Shown: one piece after another, positions 39,106 through 47,797 of the stretch
Layout of the letters: the number at the start of each line of letters is the position of its first letter
Numbering within the stretch: position 1 is the first letter of the stretch
The notes under the pieces: model-generated
Databases searched by the model: none
Seen by the model: the letters and a program-made list of their open reading frames with translations, nothing else
What the model was told of the DNA's origin: nothing
Made by a program: the position numbers and the translations under genes
DNA from: Planctomycetota bacterium
Lineage (GTDB): Bacteria > Planctomycetota > B15-G4 > JADJEK01
DNA: 64,000 nucleotides
Direction of reading: 5' to 3'
NCBI GenBank assembly: GCA_044225365.1
Contig: JBGAIQ010000004.1
Coordinates: 1 to 64,000, forward strand

Positions 39106-40452
39106 GTGACGGATCGTGACCCGCGACGATTTGCCCTCGCGCTGAAGGCGCTCGAAGTGCGGATGCGCTTCGTCGTCATCGTCGTCGTCACGGGGCTCTT
39201 CGTCACGAACCGCGATGCTCTCGTGCGCCGCATCACCCAGTTCGCGAAACCACCGGTCGTGGCGCCCATTTCCGGGACGAACGATGAATGGTACTGCCCG
39301 ATGGACCGCGACGTGGTGCGCGACTCGGCGGGCACCTGTCCGCTTTGCGGGATGAAGCTCTCGAGTCGCGAGCGATCGACCGCGCACGACGCCAGCCCGC
39401 GAGTTCGTCTCTCGAAGGTTCGCGTCGAACGCGCGGGTATCGAAGTGGAGACCGTCGGCGCGCGGCAGCTCGTTCGCGAATTGCGAGTCCTCGGCACGGT
39501 CGAGGTCGACGATCGCCGCCGCTTCGACGTACCGGCCCGCGTTCACGCCCGCGTCGACACGGTGAGCGCGCCGATCGTCGGACAGGAAGTGAAGCGCGGA
39601 GACGAACTCGCGACGATCTACAGCCCCGATCTCGTGAACGCGCAGCAGATCTACCTGCAACTCTTCGACGCCCGCGATCACGGCAAGGAAACGGCGGTCG
39701 GCGGAGAATTGCCGTTCTCGCAGCGGGAACGGGCATCCCTGCTCGGCGTCTCCGACATCGACCTGAAAGAGCTGGAACGCACGCACAACGTCGTCCTGCA
39801 GATCCCCGTGCGATCGCCGGCCGACGGAACCATCCTCGAGAAGAACGTGGTGCCCGGGCACTACGTGAACGAAGGCGATGCACTGTTCCGTCTCGCGGAC
39901 CTGCGGTCGGTGTTCGTCGTCGCCCGGGTGTTCGTCGACGACATCGGTTCGATCGCGATCGGTCAAACGATGGAGATCCGTGCGAGCACATTGAAAGAGC
40001 CGATCGACGGAAGTGTGGCGTTCATCGCGCCCGTCGCCGATGCCCGGACGCGAACGGTGAGCGTCCGCGCCGATGTCTCGAACGAAGAGCGGAGTCTGAA
40101 GCCGGGCATGTTCGTGGATGTCCTGCTGCGCGCGGACGTCGAGGGAGTCCATCCCGTGAACGCACCCGAGGGCGCCGTGCTCGCGATCTCCGATTCGTGC
40201 GTGATCGCGACCGGGACGCGGCGATTCGTGTACGTCGAGCGCGCGGCCGGCGAGTACGAAGCGGTCGAGGTCGAACTCGGGCCGCACGTGCAGGACGCGT
40301 ATCCCGTGATCCGCGGTCTCGTGGCGGGCGACCGCGTGGTGGGCCGCGGCGCGTTCCTCCTCGATGCCGAATCGCGACTGCGCCCCGACGCGTCGCCAAC
40401 TTCGAATCGGGATGCCACGACGAGCGGCTCGACCGCGAGCGGAAAGAAGTAG
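39106..40452 (+). CDS. cusB: CusB-type RND periplasmic adaptor with heavy-metal-binding domain
   Basis: WYCPMD..GTCPLCGMKL, IYSPDLVNAQ, SPADG, LKPGMF, GLVAGDRVV..FLLDAES. Confidence 0.85.
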   Translation: MTDRDPRRFALALKALEVRMRFVVIVVVTGLFVTNRDALVRRITQFAKPPVVAPISGTNDEWYCPMDRDVVRDSAGTCPLCGMKLSSRERSTAHDASPRVRLSKVRVERAGIEVETVGARQLVRELRVLGTVEVDDRRRFDVPARVHARVDTVSAPIVGQEVKRGDELATIYSPDLVNAQQIYLQLFDARDHGKETAVGGELPFSQRERASLLGVSDIDLKELERTHNVVLQIPVRSPADGTILEKNVVPGHYVNEGDALFRLADLRSVFVVARVFVDDIGSIAIGQTMEIRASTLKEPIDGSVAFIAPVADARTRTVSVRADVSNEERSLKPGMFVDVLLRADVEGVHPVNAPEGAVLAISDSCVIATGTRRFVYVERAAGEYEAVEVELGPHVQDAYPVIRGLVAGDRVVGRGAFLLDAESRLRPDASPTSNRDATTSGSTASGKK

Positions 40453-40453
40453 A

Positions 40454-43400
40454 TTGATCCTCGCGATCATCTCCTTCTCGATGCGTCATCGCCTCGGCGT
40501 CCTGCTCGGCACGTTCGCGCTCGCCGCCCTCGGCGTCTTCGCGATGCGATCGACTCCGATCGACGCGCTTCCCGATCTCTCGGAGAACCAGATCCTCGTC
40601 TTCACCGAGTGGCCAGGGCGCAGCCCCCACGAGGTCGAGGATCAGATCACGCAGCCGCTCTCGACGAGCCTCACCGGACTCGCGGGCGTCCGCACGGTTC
40701 GCGCCGCATCGGAGTTCGGCTACTCGCTGATCCACGTCATCTTCGACGACTCCGTGGACTACTACTTCGCCCGCGCGCGCGTCGGCGAACGCCTCCAGAT
40801 CGCCGGCGCGAGACTGCCCTCGGGATCCACGCCGAGCCTCGCTCCCGACGCAACGGCCCTCGGACAGATCTTTTGGTACACGATCGAGGGCGAGAACGTC
40901 GACCTCGCGGAACGAAGAGCGATCCAGGACTTCGAGGTGCGCCCCGCGCTCGCTGCCGTCGAAGGCGTTGCCGAGGTGGCGACCGCAGGCGGAGTCCCGA
41001 CCGAATACCAGATCGATCTCGATCCTAGCCGACTGCTCGCACTCGACGTCTCGCTGTCGCAGATCACGACTGCGATCGAGCGCAGCAATTCCGCAGTCGG
41101 AGGGAATTCGATCGCGAGCGACTCCGGGGCGATTCGCGTGCGCGGAGTCTCGTGGGTCCGGAGCATCGCGGATCTGGAGTCGATTCCGATCGCCGACCGC
41201 AGCGGAACTCCCTTGCAACTTCGCGACGTCGCGCACGTCCAACTCGGACCCGGATTCCGACGAGGCGTTCTCGAGAGGAACGGCGCGGAGACGGTCGGCG
41301 GCGTGGTGTCGATGCGCGTCGGCGAAGACCCGCTCAGCGTGACGCAGCGCATCCACGCGAAGATCGACGAGATCGCGAAGAGTCTGCGCAGCGGCGTGAG
41401 CATCGTGCCGTTCTACGAACGCACTCGCCTCATCGAGAGTGCGACGACATCGCTGCGCGACACCCTTCTCGAGGAAATTCTCGTCGCGAGCATCGCCGTT
41501 CTCCTGATCTTGGCGCACGCGCGGTCCACCCTTCTCGTCTGCGCGACGGTTCCGCTCGCGATCCTCGTCTCGTTCATCGCGATGCGCGCTCTCTCGATCC
41601 CGAGCAACATCATGTCGCTCTCCGGCATCGCGATCTCGATCGGCGTACTGATCGATGCGGCGATCGTGATGACCGAGAACGCGCATCACCGCCTCGCGGA
41701 GGAATTCCGCGATCGACCCGTGAGCGGGGACACGACGCCCACCATCCTCCGTGCGTGCGAGACCGTCGGACGCCCGTTGTTCTTCTCGGTGTTGATCGCC
41801 GCGTTGCCCTTCACGTTCGTCCTCGCGCTCCACGGCACCGAGGGCAAGCTGTTCCATCCTCTCGCCTGGACGAAGCTCTTCGCCTTCCTCGGCGTCGGAC
41901 TGCTCGCGATCACGCTCGTGCCGGCGCTCCTGCCGACGGTGCTTCGAGGACGGCTATCCGCTGCGGAGGACAACTGGATCGTTCGTAGCGTCGCCGCGGT
42001 CTACCGCCCGCTGCTCTCGTTCTGCCTGCGAAGTCCGGACCTGCTCCTCGTCGTCACGGGAATCCTCGTCATCGTCCCGGCCGCTCTCGCGCCGAGGACG
42101 TTTCCGTACACGATCGTCGCCGCCGTCCTGCCGTTCTGCGCGGTGCTCCCGATTGCATGGTTCGCGCGCCGCAAACTCACGTGCGCCGCGCTCGTGCTCG
42201 CATTGGGCGCCGGCGCTGCGGCTCTCGTGCGGCCGCTCGGCGAGGAGTTCATGCCGCGGCTCGACGAGGGCACGATCGTCGACATGCCCGTGACGTCGCC
42301 CACGATCTCCATCGACCGCGCACGCGCCGATCTGATCGCGCGCGATGCGTTGCTGCGCTCGTTCCCGGAAGTCAGTCTCGTCGTCGGGAAGGCCGGCCGT
42401 GCGGAAACAGCGACGGATCCGAGTCCGCTGAACATGATCGAGACGATCGTCGATCTGCGCCCACGGGAGCAATGGCTCCACCGAAAGATCTCGCTCGAGG
42501 ATGCACTCGATGAGGCGGAGCGCGTCCTCGATTCGATCGCCGCACTCGACCCGTCGATTGCAACGAACGGAGCGACGCGAAACGTCGACCGCACCGCCGC
42601 CGCGACGCGCGCGATCGATCGCTTCGACGACTACGCGCGCGACTTGTCGAGCCGGCGGCTCGCCGCCGCGAGGGACGATGCGGAAGTACGCGCAACGATC
42701 GCGAAGCTCGATCAGGAACTCGTGGAGATCGGCGCGCCGCGATTCGTGGAGATGCTGGCGCAGGAACTCCTCGCCGCGGCGAGACCCGGTCCGGTGGACT
42801 CGACTCTCGCAACGAAGATCGCGAACGAACGCGGAGGTCCTTTCGCACGCCGCGTCCTCTTCCAGCGCAAGGACGCGGCCGATCTGCACGAGGAGTTCGA
42901 TCGGGTGGTCTCGATCCCGGGCTGGGGGAACATCTGGACGGCTCCGATCGTGAATCGGATCGACATGCTCGCCACCGGGATCCGCACTCCCGTCGGGATC
43001 AAAGTGTTCGGCGACGATCGCACCTCGACCGAGTCCACGCTCGCGAAATTGTCGGAGTGGACGCGCAGGATCGTCTCCGTCGTGCGGCGAGTCGACGGCG
43101 CGAGCGAGGTCTTCGGCGATCCCACCGACGGGAATTCGTACCTCGAGATCACGATCGATCGAGAGCGGGCGGCGCGCGCGGGCGTCGCCGCGACGGACAT
43201 CGACGATGCGATCGAGACCGCGATCGGGGGAAGGAGCGTCGGAACGACGGTGGAAGGTCGCCGTCGATTCGCGATCCGCGTCCGATACGCCCGCGACTTC
43301 ATTGCCGACACCGAGTCGCTCGGCCGCGTGCTCGTCCACCCTTCGCTCGCGAGCGATTCTCCCGCGGACGCTGTCGGAATCCCCCTTTCCGCGGTCGCAA

Positions 43401-44128
43401 CGCTAAGGCTCGAACCCGGCCCATCGATGATCGCGAGCGAGAACGGTGCGCTCCTGCGCGTCATCAGCGCGAGCGTGAAGGATCGCGATCTCCTCGGGTT
43501 CGTCGACGAGGCGCGGCGCGAGGTCGAAGCGAACGTTCCTTTACCTGCGGGATTCCGCGTCGAGTGGAGTGGCGAATACGAACAGCAGGTCCACGCACGC
43601 GACACGCTGCAGTTCGTGGTACCCGCGGTGCTCCTGCTCGTGCTCCTGCTCCTCCACCTCACCTATCGCGACGCGGCGTTCACGGGGATCATGGCGCTCG
43701 CCGTCCCGGGAGCGATCGCCGGCGGCGCGCTGTTCCAGTGGCTCTGCTCGATCCCGTTCTCCGTCGCAGTGGCCGTGGGCTACATCTCGTGTTTCGGAAT
43801 GGCGACGGGAACCGCGATCGTCATGTTGGTCTACCTGCGCGAAGCGGTCGAGCGGCGCGGCGGGATCCACGCGATGAAGAGCGACTCCTCGCTCGCGGAG
43901 GCCGTGCTCGAAGGCGCCGTGAAGCGACTGCGGCCAAAGCTCCTCACCGAGAGCACGATGATCCTCGGACTCGCACCCCTGATCTTCGCGACTGGAGTTG
44001 GTTCGGAGATCCTGAAGCCGATGGCGGCGCCGATCCTCGGCGGGATCCTGGTCGCCGACGAGGTGATCGACCTGCTCGTGCCCGTGCTGTTCTACGCGGT
44101 GATGCGTCGAAGACGATGGCCCGCGTGA
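40454..44128 (+). CDS. cusA: CusA/CzcA heavy-metal RND transporter (Cu/Ag type)
   Basis: DALPDLSENQ, APDATALGQI, NIMSLSGIAISIG; three Met-containing motifs (VDMP, PLNMIET, RIDMLATG); RLRPKL; TTG start 1 nt after the cusB stop. Confidence 0.92.
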   Translation: MILAIISFSMRHRLGVLLGTFALAALGVFAMRSTPIDALPDLSENQILVFTEWPGRSPHEVEDQITQPLSTSLTGLAGVRTVRAASEFGYSLIHVIFDDSVDYYFARARVGERLQIAGARLPSGSTPSLAPDATALGQIFWYTIEGENVDLAERRAIQDFEVRPALAAVEGVAEVATAGGVPTEYQIDLDPSRLLALDVSLSQITTAIERSNSAVGGNSIASDSGAIRVRGVSWVRSIADLESIPIADRSGTPLQLRDVAHVQLGPGFRRGVLERNGAETVGGVVSMRVGEDPLSVTQRIHAKIDEIAKSLRSGVSIVPFYERTRLIESATTSLRDTLLEEILVASIAVLLILAHARSTLLVCATVPLAILVSFIAMRALSIPSNIMSLSGIAISIGVLIDAAIVMTENAHHRLAEEFRDRPVSGDTTPTILRACETVGRPLFFSVLIAALPFTFVLALHGTEGKLFHPLAWTKLFAFLGVGLLAITLVPALLPTVLRGRLSAAEDNWIVRSVAAVYRPLLSFCLRSPDLLLVVTGILVIVPAALAPRTFPYTIVAAVLPFCAVLPIAWFARRKLTCAALVLALGAGAAALVRPLGEEFMPRLDEGTIVDMPVTSPTISIDRARADLIARDALLRSFPEVSLVVGKAGRAETATDPSPLNMIETIVDLRPREQWLHRKISLEDALDEAERVLDSIAALDPSIATNGATRNVDRTAAATRAIDRFDDYARDLSSRRLAAARDDAEVRATIAKLDQELVEIGAPRFVEMLAQELLAAARPGPVDSTLATKIANERGGPFARRVLFQRKDAADLHEEFDRVVSIPGWGNIWTAPIVNRIDMLATGIRTPVGIKVFGDDRTSTESTLAKLSEWTRRIVSVVRRVDGASEVFGDPTDGNSYLEITIDRERAARAGVAATDIDDAIETAIGGRSVGTTVEGRRRFAIRVRYARDFIADTESLGRVLVHPSLASDSPADAVGIPLSAVATLRLEPGPSMIASENGALLRVISASVKDRDLLGFVDEARREVEANVPLPAGFRVEWSGEYEQQVHARDTLQFVVPAVLLLVLLLLHLTYRDAAFTGIMALAVPGAIAGGALFQWLCSIPFSVAVAVGYISCFGMATGTAIVMLVYLREAVERRGGIHAMKSDSSLAEAVLEGAVKRLRPKLLTESTMILGLAPLIFATGVGSEILKPMAAPILGGILVADEVIDLLVPVLFYAVMRRRRWPA

Positions 44129-44163
44129 CAGCGTACGATTCGACGACTCGCCGCGCGTGAGGG

Positions 44164-45192
44164 TCAGTTCCCCTTCAGGAGCGGGATGAGCGCATCGGCG
44201 AGCGCGGCGGCTGCGACTTCCGACCCTTCGGCGTCGGGATGCACGGGATCGCCGGGCTGCGCGGTGCTACGGCCCGTCGCCTTGAAGTGCTCGGCGAACG
44301 GCGGCAGCAGATCGACGACACGGAGTCCGAGACCCATCGCGATCTTGGCGACCGTCTCGTGCTGCTTCTTGTTCGGATAGTTGTCGAGGTGTTCGAGCCA
44401 TGGCACGATCGCGACCGTCGCCGGGATCTTCGCCTTCGCACAGTAACGCGCGATCCGACCAAATCCGTCTTCGACGACGCTGAAGTCCTCGGACCATCCC
44501 TTCCCGCTCACGGCCTTGTTCCCGGCGACCGGAAGCGGAGGTGGATCGATGAATCGGTAGTAGAGGACGCGAATCAGATGCGAGTGCGTGAGCACGGCGC
44601 GCTGGAAGGGGGACAATTTGGGCAGCGACTTGGTTCGCGCCCAATCGTCCTTGCGTCCCTGCTTGTTCGCTTCGCGCATCAGGTCTTCAGGGACGGCGTC
44701 GCCGGGCAATCGCGTGGTGTCGTTCAGGCAGTAGAGGACGACGACTTGATCGGGCTCGATCGCGCCGCCGTAGACCTCGAGCCACCGCCCCTCCTGGATC
44801 GAGTTGTAGGCGACGACACCGGCGTTCAGGACTTCGGCGTCGATGCCGCGACCCTTCAGGCGAGATTCCAACTTCTGCTCGATCGTCTGATCCGCTTCGA
44901 GTCCGTATCCGAATGCGATCGAGTCGCCGAGGAAGAGGATTCGGGGCGTCCCTTTCTTGTCGCGTGGATTCCGGAGTTCCGGACCGCGAAGTCCGAGCGA
45001 GTTCATCCCCGGCGCAGACTTCGAATTGGTCCAGCCGAGGATCGGGTCTTCGGAAGCCGCGTGCTGACCGAATTCGATCGCGCCGAACCCGGGGGCAAGA
45101 CCGAGGATGCGCACGGCCCCTTCCGCCACGAAGAGGAGGATCGTGGTCGTCACGACCAGCAGGAGGATCTTGCTGACGATACGGGGAACCAT
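44164..45192 (-). CDS. Membrane-anchored SGNH/GDSL hydrolase family protein
   Basis: TM helix, NSLGLRG, LGDSIAFG, NAGVVAYN, CLND, DPVHP. Confidence 0.88.
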   Translation of the reverse strand: MVPRIVSKILLLVVTTTILLFVAEGAVRILGLAPGFGAIEFGQHAASEDPILGWTNSKSAPGMNSLGLRGPELRNPRDKKGTPRILFLGDSIAFGYGLEADQTIEQKLESRLKGRGIDAEVLNAGVVAYNSIQEGRWLEVYGGAIEPDQVVVLYCLNDTTRLPGDAVPEDLMREANKQGRKDDWARTKSLPKLSPFQRAVLTHSHLIRVLYYRFIDPPPLPVAGNKAVSGKGWSEDFSVVEDGFGRIARYCAKAKIPATVAIVPWLEHLDNYPNKKQHETVAKIAMGLGLRVVDLLPPFAEHFKATGRSTAQPGDPVHPDAEGSEVAAAALADALIPLLKGN

Positions 45193-45392
45193 GGTCGCAG
45201 TGTAGCAGGCGCTCCTCGAAGTCGACCGCGGAGGCCTTCCCGATTCGAGTCGGCGCTCGCGAGCCGTCGGGTAGGAGGAGCCTCACGTGCGACACTCCGT
45301 CCGGCTCCACGACTGGCCGGGATGTGCGGAATCGGGTATCCTCCGACGTCTTGGACCCGCGAATCGAATCAGGATCGCACCGAGGGAACTGA

Positions 45393-47210
45393 ATGACTCG
45401 ACGGAACGACGACTCCGCGAACCGGACCGGCTGCGATCCGGAAAGTGCACGTTCGCGCGCGTTCCGTGCGTCGATCTTCGTCGCACTCGTACCGCTCGCC
45501 GCACTCACCGCCTTCGCACAGAGTCCCCTCAGCTCGAGCGGCACCCACTCGGCCAGTACGCAGGGCAGTAGCTCGGGAGCGACCGTTCAGAACGGCGATC
45601 CGGCTGCGTTCGGCGAATGGGATGGCCCGTGGCAGTTGCCGCTGTCGCCGTACTTGAAGGAGATCGCCCACGCCAGCGTGCTGCCGAACGAGTCGGGCCG
45701 CGTGATCTTCTGGACGCGAATCGATCAGTGCGACAACACGTTGAACTTCCGTCCGACCGAGACGTGGATCTGGAATCCCGCGAATCCGGGCGTCGTCCCG
45801 CCGGCGACGCTCGTTCCGAACGACCCGTACACCGACATGTTCTGCGCGGGCACGACGTTCGACTCGAACGGCAACCTCGTCGTCGCGGGCGGCCACGACG
45901 CGGGGATCGAATGCTCGACGCAGGCCTACGGGACCGCGTACGGCATCGCGAACGCGTTCCGGTTCGTGCACGAGCCCGGCAAGGCACCCGAGAACGAACA
46001 TTGGGAAGCCCTCGGCACGATGAGCCGCCAGCGATGGTATCCCACCGCGCTCGCGCTCGCCGACGGCAGCATCCTCGTGAGCGGGCACTTCGATCTCCCC
46101 GCCGGTCAGGGTCCGAAGACCGTCGAGGCCCTCGATCGTTGGACGAGCGACGCGGGGTGGAACACGACGCCGTTGCCCAACAGGACGATCAAGCTCTCTT
46201 CGGGAGCGTGTTCGGACTCGCTGCTCGTCATCACCGATTATCCTCGCACGTTCGTCCTCGCGCATTCCGGCGAGGTGATGATCGCGAGCGGTGTGAACTC
46301 CCTCACCGCGTTCCTCCGGCAGAACGATCCGACGTGCTCGGTCGATTCCTGGCGCTGGCGAGTGAACACGCTGCCGGGCAGTCGGATGGTCGCGCGCGAA
46401 GGCGGCAACGCGGTGCATTACGTGTTGCCGGACGAGACGAACCCCGGCGTCGTTCACGACGTCGTGTACGTCATCGCTGGAGCGGTACACGATGCGACGT
46501 GCCTGCCCGCCCCATTCATCACCGCAACCGTCGACAAGATGGTCGATCCCGAATGGACGAAGTCTTGGGACACCTCGACTCCCGACATGCACCTCTCGCG
46601 CAGTGACTGCAATTCGGTCGTCTTGCTCGACGGATCGATCCTCACGATCGGCGGGTACGGCGACATGATCAACTCGACCTGCACGTCGCGCCTCAAGCCC
46701 GAGATGTATCGTCCGCCCGAGTTGTTCGCCGACTCGAGGGGCTGGGCCTTCATGGCCCCGCAGACGCACGAGCGGCGTTATCACTCGGTCGCAGGATTGC
46801 TCCCCGATGGGCGCGTCTTCTCGGCGGGCGGCGACGAACCGGGCGTGTCGCATCACTCGATCGAGATCTTCAGTCCGCCGTACATGGCGCACGGACAGCG
46901 GCCCTTGGTCTCGACGATGTCGACGACGGATTGGTCGTGGAATCACCCCGTGAAACTCTCGGTCAGTCTCGCGCCAGGCGCATCGGTGGCGCGGGTCGCG
47001 CTCCTGCGTCCCGGATCGATCACGCATGCGTTCGACATGAACCAGCGTTACATCCAATTGCGCCTCACCGGGAATCCCGTCGGACCCAATCCGACGATCA
47101 CCGTCGTTTCGCCAAAGGACTGGAACGTCGCCCCGCCCGGCTACTACTTCGTCACGGTCATCGATACCGAAGGCCGCCCGAGCCCCGCCCGCCTCGTCCG
47201 CATCCATTGA
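45393..47210 (+). CDS. Copper radical oxidase (galactose/glyoxal oxidase-like, AA5) with kelch and DUF1929 domains
   Basis: MFCAG, RWYPT, RRYHS, THAFDMNQR, APPGYY; signal peptide. Confidence 0.88.
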   Translation: MTRRNDDSANRTGCDPESARSRAFRASIFVALVPLAALTAFAQSPLSSSGTHSASTQGSSSGATVQNGDPAAFGEWDGPWQLPLSPYLKEIAHASVLPNESGRVIFWTRIDQCDNTLNFRPTETWIWNPANPGVVPPATLVPNDPYTDMFCAGTTFDSNGNLVVAGGHDAGIECSTQAYGTAYGIANAFRFVHEPGKAPENEHWEALGTMSRQRWYPTALALADGSILVSGHFDLPAGQGPKTVEALDRWTSDAGWNTTPLPNRTIKLSSGACSDSLLVITDYPRTFVLAHSGEVMIASGVNSLTAFLRQNDPTCSVDSWRWRVNTLPGSRMVAREGGNAVHYVLPDETNPGVVHDVVYVIAGAVHDATCLPAPFITATVDKMVDPEWTKSWDTSTPDMHLSRSDCNSVVLLDGSILTIGGYGDMINSTCTSRLKPEMYRPPELFADSRGWAFMAPQTHERRYHSVAGLLPDGRVFSAGGDEPGVSHHSIEIFSPPYMAHGQRPLVSTMSTTDWSWNHPVKLSVSLAPGASVARVALLRPGSITHAFDMNQRYIQLRLTGNPVGPNPTITVVSPKDWNVAPPGYYFVTVIDTEGRPSPARLVRIH

Positions 47211-47217
47211 TCGAATC

Positions 47218-47549
47218 CGGCGGTCACGGATCGCAGCCGCCGCCGCCGGTTTCGGCGGTCACGGATCGCAGCCGCCGCCGCCGGTTTCGGCGGTCACGGA
47301 TCGCAGCCGCCGCCGCCGGTTTCGGCGGTCACGATCGCAGCCGCCGCCGGTTTCGGCGGTCACGGATCGCAGCCGCCGCCGCCGCAGCCGCCGCCGCCGG
47401 TTTCGGCGGTCACGGATCGCAGCCGCCGCCGCCGGTTTCGGCGGTCACGGATCGCAGCCGCCGCCGCCGGTTTCGGCGGTTACGGATCGCAGCCGCCGCC
47501 GCCGCTTTCGGCGGTCACGGATCGCAGCCGCCGCCGCCGCTTTCGGCGG
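47218..47549. repeat. Intergenic tandem array of a 35-bp unit, about 9 copies, no spacers
   Basis: Unit cggcggtcacggatcgcagccgccgccgccggttt; copy 4 shortened (31 bp), copy 5 lengthened (50 bp), copies 8-9 with substitutions. Confidence 0.95.
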
Positions 47550-47571
47550 GCGGGCGGTCGAAGACCCCGAG

Positions 47572-47599
47572 TTGACGCATCCGTCCTACGTGGTAAGGT
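47572..47599 (+). promoter_or_regulatory. Candidate sigma70 promoter for the SBBP/FG-GAP gene pair
   Basis: TTGACG 47572-77 and extended -10 TGgTAAGGT 47591-99. Confidence 0.4.
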
Positions 47600-47797
47600 T
47601 TTTGGAAGTCGTTCTCGTGGCCGAGTAGCCCTCTCGGTCGCGCCGCGTGAAAGTAGCAACGGATAACGGGATGCTCGTCGTGAACCGAGTCTCGGACGAG
47701 GCACGGGCGCGCGTGACCGCAGTCCGCCCCACCGCAGAGATCGGCCCCTCGACCGTCACGCCGTGAGTCGGTCGCACGTTCGAATCAGGAGTTCCTC

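Noticed and set aside
47218-47549. CRISPR array
   Set aside because: The unit is CRISPR-sized and palindromic, but the copies are contiguous with no unique spacers and no cas genes are present.
46931-47575. 214-aa repetitive ORF through the tandem array
   Set aside because: The 35-bp unit cycles through frames and gives low-complexity sequence, and the ORF overlaps the oxidase gene.
47600-47797. Riboswitch in the long SBBP leader
   Set aside because: Hairpins are possible, but I recognise no conserved aptamer motif.
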